Shown piece after piece: positions 1-38,892 of a DNA stretch of 64,000 nucleotides. The first letter of the stretch is position 1. Every line of letters begins with the position of its first letter. The notes beneath the pieces are model-generated. The model did not search any database. It was given only the letters and a program-made list of their open reading frames with translations, and was not told where the DNA came from. Source of the stretch: Amoebidium appalachense (Eukaryota; Protista; Ichthyosporea); the NCBI GenBank assembly GCA_963693365.1, contig CAVNZM010000011.1:1240001-1304000 (forward strand). Reading direction: 5' to 3'. The position numbers and the translations under genes were made by a program.

Positions 1-660
1 CCCCTGCCCGCCGGCCGTCGGCCTGCCCATCCCCTCCTCCTCTCCAGCTCTCCTCCCCGCAACCACCACCACCACCACACATACACGCCAGTTGCAGGTA
101 GCCTTATTGATTCATCCTCGGTGATCAACTACTAAAAACTATCCTACCCCCCCCCCCCCCCCCCCTCCCCCCCCCCCCCCCCTTCTCCCCCCAACACACA
201 CACACACACACACACCACACACTACCACCATCACCATGTCACCACCACCGTAAAATAAAACATGCAGAGAGTGTGGGACATGTAAATTTCCAACAGGCAT
301 CACCCATTTCCAACCAACTATACTACCATTACACCACACTCACCCACCAAATCCCTTATCCCCCCCCCCCAAAAAAAAAATAAATAAAAAATAAATAAAT
401 AAATAAATTAATAAAATGAAAAATAAAATAAAATAAAAAATAGAAGAGAAACAAAAAACACACCCAAACACACACACACACACACATACACAGAAATTCA
501 CCCACCATAGTTTGACACAATTGCATTGAAGCTCATGCGGGATAGATTTGTGCCTGGCCACCCCTCGAGGCTGTATGCGTCCCAATGCTTCACTGTTGAT
601 ACAGCTAGAAGGTAGCGCTTGTCGGGTCCCTCCTGCAGCCCTGGTGGTGATGGCGGGGTG

Positions 661-691
<31 letters not shown>

Positions 692-1345
692 TGTGTGTGT
701 GTGTGCGTGGGGGTGGGGAGGGGGGAGGGGGGAAGGATGGGTCAGGGGGCGCTTCACAGTGCAAAGGTGTGGAAAGAAGATATGAGGTGCAGGAAAGGGG
801 GTAGCATGTTAAAGCACACATGGAATATATGTAACATATGTAGAGCCCCTCAAAGGGGGAAGGATGGGGGTGCATGGGTGGGTGGATGGGTGGGTGGGGG
901 GGGGGTCATTTACAGTTTTAGTGTTAACTCATACGTTTGCCCGAGGGAAAGGGGGGGGGGGGGGGGGGGGGGGATGAACGGGAACTGGCGGTGGCGTTGG
1001 CGGTGGGTGGATGCCCCCGAAGAAGGGGGGGGGGGGGGGGGGGGGGGGGGCAATGCAACCAGCCATTTCAGCATGACAGGTCATTAGATGGAAGCTAATA
1101 GAAGCTTCTGAGAAATGTACTTGGATGGTTGGAGAGGAGAGACTTCGTTAGTGTGTGCGTGTGCATATGTACTGTGGCTGTGTGGCTGTGTGTGTTTTGA
1201 GGAAGAGAGGGGGGGGGGGGGGGGGGGGGGGGGATGGTTAGCACACCCTTAGTGTAAGCCACCCCAAACATGCCGTTGACATAGGGATCCTCGGAAGGCA
1301 CTTCATTGGCCCGGCCCCTGCACAAACCGTCCACTGGTCAGTTAA

Positions 1346-1377
<32 letters not shown>

Positions 1378-1977
1378 TTCACACACACACATCTATTCCC
1401 CTTACCATATCCTAGTCTATGCTGACCGCCAAACACATTCCTCGAATTCCCCCCCCTCGCCCCCTCCCCTTTCCCCTCGCCACCAAAAAAAAAAAAAAAA
1501 GAAAGAAAGAAAAAAGAAAAAGAAAAAAGAAAAACCCTCCTACTCGACACAACACAAAAGCAGCCCGATGACTTAAACCCCCCCCCCCCCCTCCCTCCAA
1601 AAAAGGCGGTCCCCCCCCCCCCCCCACCAATATCCACATAAAGACCACCATATAAGGTCATCCCTCCTCCCCCTAGAAATGACTAAAAATCCGAGATTGC
1701 ACACACCATCTTGGGTCCCTGTTGATGTTGATATTTGGGCTCCAGCAGTCCAGACCCAGGTGGGGAAGGTTCTCCTGCCGATGTTCACCCACACCCTCCA
1801 GCCACAGTGCTCGGAGCTCTGAGCAATATCAATCTGATAAGGTCTATGGCTTTCTAAAGCCTATTGGCCCCCTCTCATGTAACATTCTCCATATCCACTA
1901 CACCCAGAATAACCATTTCCCCCGCTTCTAACTTTTGCATCAATATTTTGACCACTTCAATGGTTTGCCACTGCTGT

Positions 1978-2008
<31 letters not shown>

Positions 2009-2322
2009 TCATCCTCCTTTCCCCATCAAATCTGGGGGGCCCAAAACATAGATCAAAAAAGGAAACACCACACACAAGAAAAAAAGGCAAAACCGCTCAA
2101 ATAGAGAACGCGGGGCTCGAATTGGCCATGCCAACAAGGAGAAACCCACCAATTCCGATGAAGTTTCCCATCTCCAGCCAGGCACTATCGTTGAAGCTGG
2201 CACCAAGGGCATTTGGGTTTGGAAAGGAGGTGGGGCAGCGCGTGCCGCAGCGCGACTGTACACCGTGGATACAGTTGGTGCCCCAGTTGTACTCGGGTAT
2301 GCCTAGCCGGGGGACGTCCCCT

Positions 2323-2357
<35 letters not shown>

Positions 2358-3095
2358 TGCATATTAAATAACTGTGCGCTTCTTGAATGGGCGGGCAACA
2401 GAGAGGAGAGAGGAGGAGGGGAGGGGAGGGAGAACAGGCGGGGAGGGGGGGGGGGGGAGGGGGGGGGGGGGGTGAAACTGGGGGTTCTTTTTGAAGGTAA
2501 GATAGCAAAACACAGGTCCCTTCCCTTCCCCCAACCGAAGATCCCGCAAGCCCCCCGACATGCAATACATTGCTACTTTTCGTAGTACATGCAAGACATT
2601 GCTACTTTTTGTAGTAATGAAACTACCAGCTTTTTATAAAAATAGAGCAAGCCGAGGGGATAGAAATAGCCCTTCGTAGCTAGCTTAGAAACTAGTTGTT
2701 GCATAGTGAAGACTGAGGGGAAGGGGAAGTGTTGTGCACACAGTACCTTTGGGGCTCTGACGGGCTATAAGCATGGGGGGCTTTTCTTCGAGAGTGAGTC
2801 TCGAAATCAGGTCCTTGATACGTGTATCCATAGGCAGAGAGACGTTACAAAACGGAAATCTACAGAAGAGTTGGTGTAAGGCTGCCGTGTAAGACAAAAG
2901 CTAATAACCAAGATCCAAACCACCCAGGTGAACCATAGTAAACACTTCTGTGAGAAAGGGGCTCAAGCAAATTTCTGTTAGATGAAATAGGGTCTTGATG
3001 TGTGGAATAGGAAAAAGGAACGGAAGGAACGAAGAGAGGGAGGAGTACCATGATAGGGGGAGGGGGCTTCCCACGCGGGCAGGGAACGTGTGTGT

Positions 3096-3126
<31 letters not shown>

Positions 3127-3482
3127 GGGGGGGAGGGGACCTTCAGAAGGATCTTGGGCATCCTAATCTTTGCTTCTTGAAACAGGGCGCAATAGAAAGA
3201 GGAAAAGAAAGAAACGAAATTTGACTGCAAAGGAGCGCGAAAATGGAAGTTGATGAGCAGGCCGTTAGCTGCTCAAGCCATCGGAAAAGAGTGAAGAAGT
3301 GAGCTGCGTATAGAACATGCAAGCGCTTACCCACTAGTCTCTGGTGTCGAGCACGCCCGTGGTATCTTGATGTCGTTGCTCCAGTTTGAGTTTTCGAGCT
3401 TGACGGGCCCAGCCTGGGACTGCAGCGGGCACCCGGCAAGCACAAGGGCCCACCCCAGAACACCGCCCTTGACATGAGCCAT
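1..3482 (-). CDS. Secreted glycoside hydrolase family 3 (beta-xylosidase/beta-glucosidase-like), multi-exon, 3' part beyond the left edge of the window
   Basis: Phase-consistent GT-AG exons ~3482-3331, 2859-2747, 2320-2150, 1818-1707, 1317-1247, 640-506. They give MAHVKGGVLGWALVLAG... (signal-peptide-like), [75 protein letters not shown] and VSTVKHWDAYSLE, which are hallmark GH3 N-terminal (BXL-type) motifs. Confidence 0.93.
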
Positions 3483-4553
3483 GTTGTCTAGCCCGATGTA
3501 AAGTTCCTAGTACGCCGTTTCTTCGTTCTCTTCAATATACATGAACGGTTTATCAGACACGAAGATTTCAGAACTTTATAATGGAACTCTTCTTGCGGAA
3601 CTCAGGATGACATACAGCGACGGTGAGCGCAGTGACTTGGTGGCCGCAACTGACGTCTTCTGTGCAAGGCCTTGCTTCTGTGTTGGTTGTTTCTTTGTTT
3701 GCGCGCACAGCAGTCTGGCAGACGTATGCTGATTGGCTGAAGGGCTTGAGATAGCCAAAAATGGCTCAGGTAAACATCCTACAAAATTACATGACATATT
3801 ACGAGACACCAAATTTTAGTGTTTTATTAAATTTATAATGGGTTTTAAAAGCACCTTCTATAGTTTTAAACCGCTTTAGTAGTCTTAAATCGTTGCCGAT
3901 GCTTGATGTGTCATAGATTAGCTAAATAAAGCAAATATTTCGTAACGTAAAGGTGTTGAAATTGCTTACCATTTATGGAAGGCGGGAAGTTTGAATGACC
4001 GCACCCAGATTGCACTCAGTGCATGCACGGAACGTCACGAAGGGTGCAGATAAGCTCTGATATAGGCTCGTCAAATGTTTTCAAGCAAACCAAGTCGAGT
4101 CAGTTGGGTTTTTGTAAAGCTATAACATACATGAAGAAGCCCAGTAAATTACGTTAGTTAAAGTGGGTGAGACACTACGGCTGTTCGATCCTGGGGTGTG
4201 GCATGGCTCAGCTGAGCAAGCAACACGCTCGAAAATTACGCTGTTTTGTGGCAAAGGACCGAGGTTGAAGGAGCCAAGATACAGCGAAAAGCTTACCAAC
4301 AAAGGTTAGGATAAAACAAATGGTGATGATTTTCGAATAGCTACACGCCTTTGTCCTTAAGCGTCCCTGCTTCCAGCTAGCAGTTGGGAATTATGAGGTC
4401 TCACGGTGTCTACGTTTCCATGTGCACTCAGACAAAAGGGGGCTGGGAAAAGGAAGGTAAAAGTGGCGAGCAAAAATGATCATAGTGTAGTAAATCTATG
4501 CAACTATAAAACTTTAGCTACTGCGCTTTTGCTTATTCAAATTATGCTCACAG

Positions 4554-15773
<11,220 letters not shown>

Positions 15774-16872
15774 GAGGCACAAAATACCATGGGCACACAA
15801 GCCGTTACTCTGCACACACAAAGTCATCTTTATTTATGGTTTTTGGTGTGTTGCTTCAGAGCCTGCAATTGACACGAATATGCCATTAGCACCACATGTT
15901 CTACCAGTCATTATGGTTTGGGAGTTAAGCCAGGTGTCAGGTCAGCTTCCACTTTAGTCTTCACGACTTAGAGAATTCAGTTTTTATTTTGTTGTGTTCA
16001 TATATGCGGTCCCACCTTGTGATATTCAAGGAAGATTGACAATTTTTCAAGTTTAACGTCCTGGGGCTCATAAAAAGGGACAGGCATACACAAAAATAAA
16101 AAAACCTGCTGCACGTGCTTATACTTAGACCCTTGCGCCCTCCTTTTGTATGATATCCCGCTAGTCTGTAACCAAGGTGCTACAGTACGTGCACGGTGTG
16201 CACGTGCAGGCCAACGTTTCTTCCCGGAATTGGTACCCCACATTACACAAGAGAGAATAAAAGTTGCTAATGATGCTGAGCATGTTTATGCTGGTGAGTA
16301 GCGGTTCATGTTGTAACAGTAATTTAGTTGCATCCGATGCAATGGACGCATTTCGGCACACGGATATTATGTACCCCGGGAGCCCCGGCATGAATGCATC
16401 TGTCACGTTTTATGTGCACTCTCGTTTCAAAAGTACCCCCCGCTCGCTCAGAGTGATGTGCTGCCGTGGCATGCCATTCAATCGAGTCCCACATCTCAGC
16501 CGGTAAACATGTCTTGCAAATGATGTGCGGGGCCACTGGCTGACAATCAGTATCCACCACCCAAAGCACCCTTATCTTGAGCTGCCCCTGCCCAAAGGCC
16601 GGCAATGGCCGCACACCGACGTGGGTTTACGCCACAAAGTCGGCGACCTAAGCCTGGAAAAGCAAAACCGCCACTGGGCCTTAGCATACTAGCAAGGCTT
16701 CTCAGTTCGATCTGATGGTCGACGTCAGAGTGACGGTCCTGACGGAGTGCCCGCGCACAGGGTTTGAAACATACCGTGCACTGCACACTGTCCGTGACAC
16801 TGTACTACGCGGCTAGTAGCCTGCAATCGATGAGCCACTATTACCAAATATGGCAATTACGCCCACAGTGAG

Positions 16873-16963
16873 CCAATAGGAGTCGTGTGGAATTTCATAG
16901 AAATTCCAAGAAACAATCTTTGGCCAATCACATTGCACACACCAAACCTTACCAGATATAAAA
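16873..16963 (+). promoter_or_regulatory. Putative Pol II promoter (two CCAAT boxes + TATA) for the 17079 gene
   Basis: CCAAT at 16873 and 16924, TATAAAA at 16957-16963, about 115 bp before an ATG in caccaacATG context. Confidence 0.5.
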
Positions 16964-17078
16964 TCACGCCGCCCTTTCGTTTTTGACCAGCTTTGACACA
17001 GACTTTGACAGCAGGTGTGGCTGACTTTGTTCTCCCAGTTTATGCTGCTACTACGCACCTTTACATACACACACCAAC

Positions 17079-17498
17079 ATGGCCCTACAGGCACTCACCT
17101 TGAAGCTCAACCCGGCGGCCGTGTGCCTGTTCTGGGCGGGCACAAGCACAGCCATTGACGTTGAAGCAACAGTCAAGTTCACGGCCCCCACCCTTACCCG
17201 TGAAGTGGGGTTGGACGTGGGCCGCCACGTGTTTGCCGCGCAACTGAAACTGGAGTCTGGGCTAGCCGTGGTTACCCTTGCCACTGCATACGCACACAGA
17301 AACGCACTGAGTGACCGCACTGTGGCTGCCCTGGTGTCTGCGCTTGTTCTTCACGGGCTGCAGAGGTTCTTTTTCCTTCCACGGCTTGCGAAGAGGGCTG
17401 AGCTGGCTATCAACAAGGAAAAGGTGCCCGAGTCCAAACTGCACGCTTACTACATCGGTGTGGAGGTGGCGAAGGTGCTGGCACTACTGTTTGTGTGA
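17079..17498 (+). CDS. Intronless 139-aa multi-pass membrane protein, DUF4149/TMEM205-like
   Basis: Clean non-repetitive ORF with a good start context and about 4 hydrophobic segments. Motifs EATVKFTAP, GLDVGRHVF, FFLPRL and LHAYYIGVEVAKV resemble the bacterial/fungal DUF4149-type family (recalled, not searched). Confidence 0.75.
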   Translation: MALQALTLKLNPAAVCLFWAGTSTAIDVEATVKFTAPTLTREVGLDVGRHVFAAQLKLESGLAVVTLATAYAHRNALSDRTVAALVSALVLHGLQRFFFLPRLAKRAELAINKEKVPESKLHAYYIGVEVAKVLALLFV

Positions 17499-17538
17499 GT
17501 GTGGGGAGAAATTAGGAGGGGCAAGGAATGGGAAGGGA

Positions 17539-17608
<70 letters not shown>

Positions 17609-19409
17609 AGGGGGGGAGAGGGGAGAGGGGCAGGTTCACGGTGACGGATTGTTGGGACACGTCTTATGAAGCATGAATTCCTTTAGCTACATACGCGGAA
17701 TACCAAATGTTATGCGTTAAATAATGCTCTTGTTGTCATGATTCTTCTTGCACGTATGGTACATGTAGGTTATTTCGATACCACATAGAAGGTCCCGGAC
17801 TGGGGATGTTTTCTTTTACAAGACGAATGCAATTTGTAGTAGCATGTATTCTTTCTTATTCGATTATCCAGAAACAAAGTACAGAAGTCATGAGAGCCGC
17901 CGTGAAATCTGCTCCTAATTTATTTGCTCCCCCCCCCCCCCCCCCCCCCCCCCCCGGGGACCGTCGTTGCCCCCTTCCTCCATTCCCACCCGTCAACACA
18001 ATCATGGCAAACACTATAGCAAGCCTGCACCATCAACACAGCCACTTCGCGCGCACACATATACGGTCCGTCTTTCTCTTCTCTTACACACACCGAGGGA
18101 GGGGGTGTGGGGGAGAGGGGAGAGGAGGGGGTGCGCACTTACTCTCTCCCTCTCTCTCTTCTCTCACACACGCCGAGAATGCGGGTGGGCGGGAAGGGGG
18201 GGGGGGGGGGGGGGGGATAGCGCGGGGAGATTGGAGCGGGGGGGGGGGGGGGGGGGGGGGGGGACAAGGACAGAGGGAGGGGAGGGAGCGGAGGAAAAGA
18301 AAATGGGTGGGGGTGGGGGGAAAGGGACTCGGGTGAGAGGAGAGGGGAGGCGCATGAATTGAAGGGGAGAGGGGGGAGGGGGGGGGAGAGAGGAGGAAGG
18401 ACTTACAACATGTATACCTCTTGTTGTTGCACACGTATGTCGAGCTCTCATATCAAAATGAACCCTTGAGCGCTTGTATGTGATACACACGATTGACTCA
18501 CTTTTCGAAACCTTCTGGTCTTCGAAAATCTCATGCGCCAGCTCCCCACGACGTAGTGCATGATAAATTGTACACACGGTGTCACCATGATTGAAATACA
18601 AAGAATAACCTGGTCAATTGCAAGGGTCCCAGAACACAACCCTCCCATTTGGCCCCCACCGAGAGGATGCAAACGTGAAATCGATGTCTCCACAGGTCAC
18701 AACCTGGTCCTGAACGTACATGATGGAAGCCTCCGAGAAAGCTTGCCGGGTTGGCAATCCAAGCCACACTTCACGTCCGAAATAGATGTGGACACTTGGC
18801 AAAGTACCAAGGCCAAAGTAAACAAGGCCTTGCAAAGTACTGTAAACAACACAGCAAACCTCAGGCCTCAATCATATCTCCGGTAGCATTGAGGACGCGT
18901 GAGGGTCGGGCCTTACCTGTAACCGGTGCCCGTCGTCACCGCGGCCTACGGCGTCACAGGTGTACACATGTGTGGCGCGCACTGCACGTGTACGGGTCAC
19001 GTGTGAATGTGCACAATGCATCCCGTGTCACGTGCCGCCGTGGGCCACCAGCCTGGCAACGTATTGGGGCGCTCTGATTGGCTTGCAGCAGATCTACTTC
19101 ATGCTTTGCGTAAATGATAGCCAATGCCTTTGTTCTATTTCTGGAATAGGCTATCAGCAACCAATAGGAATACACATGTCTGAAGCCCATACACCAATAG
19201 GAGCACTCCATGAATGTTTGTTTCGGCACGAATAGATCTAGACCACGGCCATCTAGAGACTCTAGACATGTGTGGTCTACTGTTTTGTAGGAGTGGTCAG
19301 TGGACCCATAAAAAGGGCCGCATATGCATAATCCAAAATAGGTAGGTCAGGTTTGCAAACAAACGTAGAGCAGCAGACACCACTCAAAAGACTAGTCGAG
19401 ACAACCAAC

Positions 19410-20070
19410 ATGCAGCCGGCGGCTCTGAAGAACACAACGTGACACTGGTGGTTGGCTCTGGATTACGCCATGTTCTTTTTCTCTCTTGCCCCCGAGGCCA
19501 TGGAGTGAGGCTACTACCTATACCTGCTCCAGCGCTTTAGGGCCTGGGTGGGGGAGGCAGTTAGCCTCTCCTTTTTTCCCCGCGGGCTTTCATGAACAAG
19601 TGTTCTTTTCCTCCCTTCCGGATCTACCTATACCTGCTCCAGCGCTTAAGAGCCTGGGCAGGGAAGGCAGTACACCCTCTTCTTTTCCCCTACACGTTCA
19701 GAATCTTCCATTTTTTGCCGGTCACTATCATAATACTATTATGCCTAGTGTTCTTTCCGAATTTCTCCCTCCGGGGACCTACCTATCCCTGCCATCAGCG
19801 CTTTAGGGCCTGGGCGGGGGAAGCAGTTACCCCCTTCGTTTCTCCCCACGGGCTTTCGTTTCTTCCTTTTTTTGGAATGTTGCCTAATAGTTTGACAAAC
19901 TCCTCGCTGCCACCTTTCATTTCCCGTGGGGCATGCCGTCAGCGCTTTAGGGCCTGGGCTCCTTTTTCCTTTCTGTGTCCTCAGTTTGGTCTGTTGGGCA
20001 GCCATGTGATTTCAGCTCTCGAGGGCCTGGACACGTAACTGCACGTTTGTGACCGTGTGTGTGTGTGTGA

Positions 20071-20125
<55 letters not shown>

Positions 20126-20326
20126 GGCACGCGCGCTGTGTTGTGTGTGTGTGTGTGTGTGTGCACGGTGTGCCTGTTCAAAACTGGACGCGTTCCAACC
20201 ACCCTTTCCTTTCCACAGACGACTCTTCTACGTCTGGCATCTTCTCGGGTGCAAAATGCTGTGGCAAGGAAGCTGTATGCAGCACCAAGGCCTGCAAAAA
20301 GGCAAGGAGGACCCCAGGGCCACTAA
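19410..20326 (+). other. Candidate small spliced ORF (~51 aa, basic) or lncRNA host
   Basis: ATG in accaacATG context; possible exons 19410-19438, 20016-20034 and 20219-20326 splice in frame to [56 protein letters not shown] x2 and CATAAAAA lie upstream. No homology recognised. Confidence 0.25.
19470..20030 (+). repeat. Degenerate tandem array (4-5 units, 70-155 bp spacing) with a conserved hairpin core CTACCTATACCTGCTCCAGCGCTTTAGGGCCTGGG...GGCAG
   Basis: Cores at 19514-19560, 19624-19670 and 19779-19826, partial cores at 19934-19959 and 20012-20030. The flanking pyrimidine tracts are also partly homologous. Confidence 0.85.
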
Positions 20327-20357
20327 TATTAACTTACAAAGACCCATCAGAAAACCG

Positions 20358-20398
<41 letters not shown>

Positions 20399-21032
20399 CT
20401 GCTGTTGGAATAATAGCAGTTCTGCACATGCTGTTTTATTATGCAAAATTTCACCTTCGCTTCACCAGGAGCATTCATACGTCTAATTTTACACATATAT
20501 GTATAAGTCGTGCATTCACACTAGACTGGCCATAGTGAACCTGCCCTTTGTCACTGCTTAACTAAAAGGTGTGAGGGATAACTATTTTCCTTTTCCCCCC
20601 CTGCAACCACTATGTTCACATAGGCATTGTGACTCCCCCACCATCAAAGGCACCCTCACCACCATTTCGCACACACAAAACTTAACGGAACCAAATGTAT
20701 GCGCCCACCGACCTATCCACAGCACACACACACCAATGACTAACCGCCCAGCCCATGAATGTATATCATCACCTGATTTATATCATTCACCATTATATCT
20801 TATCTCCCAACGACACAAAAGATGTGTAACAGATCCATATGTGCACCTCCTTAAACAAGAAACAAGGAAAAGACATAGAGAAGTAACGGGTAAACGAGAA
20901 GGGTAGTGGTGTATGTGTGTGTGCTCACAGGTGCTACACGGTGTGCGCGTGCATGCATATATGCATGTGTGTGCGCAAGTACGCACATCCGGTGTATGTG
21001 TGCCTCACACGCACGTGCATGCGTGTGCGTGT

Positions 21033-21063
<31 letters not shown>

Positions 21064-21252
21064 GGGGGAGGGAGGGGAGGGCGGGGGGGGATGAGAGCGA
21101 GAGAGACAGAGAGAGATAATGAAAGAGGGAGGAAAAAAAGGGAAAAAAAAAGGGGGGGGGGGGGGGGGGGGAGGGGGGCATGCTGCATAGCCTATGCTCC
21201 ATACACATACCTCACTTATCACCTCACCTCAAGCACCCGTACACACAACAGA

Positions 21253-38155
<16,903 letters not shown>

Positions 38156-38892
38156 GTTGGCTTGGTGGGCCAAGATCAGGCTGTGGTGGTTGTCAGCCGG
38201 TTGCTTGCTTCAAGCGTGGTGTGCGTTCATTTGTAAACTACCCTGCGCACTATAGCAGTCCTTCCCTTTTTTTTACGTATATTACGCTGTAGTGGTGAAT
38301 ACCATTTTCAGGAGGATAAACTGTCAACTACTGGTGATAACTTCAGTTTCAGCACACCGAAAACACATATGGACAAAGAGCACACAGTGGGCATCTATGA
38401 TAATAGGGTCCCGCGACGGACGCAAGCCGCCTAATTAGACTTCGGCAAAAATCTCTAGATTGAATAAATTTTGTAAGCGCATTAAAGCATAAATATTGGT
38501 ACGCAATTGGCCAACAAATGTTCGGTTGAATAAATCATTTGGAACTGGGATATAGTAGATTTCCGAATTGTTTATACTTTATACCGGAAAACAAGTATAG
38601 CTATTGTTATTATCAACCCTCTAAAGCTTGCTCACAAAAGGTTCTCTTTATACAGTACTTTAGCTTAATCATTAATTTCGTAAAGATGCATATAAGAATA
38701 TAATAATATCTTAGATACGAATGTAACTAAAAAGGAAAAGAAAAATAGCTCTTGGGTAATTGAAGCGGCGCCGCGGCTCAGGGTTCAGCGAGGCGATCCG
38801 ATTCGAACCCTGATCTACGGGATCTGTGCGTGACTTGGAGCGGCAAGAGGCAACCAAAAGCAACCATGTAGGTTGTAAGTAGGGTTACTTAA

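Noticed and set aside
15960-16810. Non-repetitive interval with several short Cys-containing ORFs
   Set aside because: No recognisable domain, no consistent splice model and no terminal repeats found.
19470-20030. CRISPR-like repeat-spacer array
   Set aside because: The spacers are of unequal length and partly homologous to each other, the repeats are degenerate, there are no cas genes, and the context is eukaryotic.
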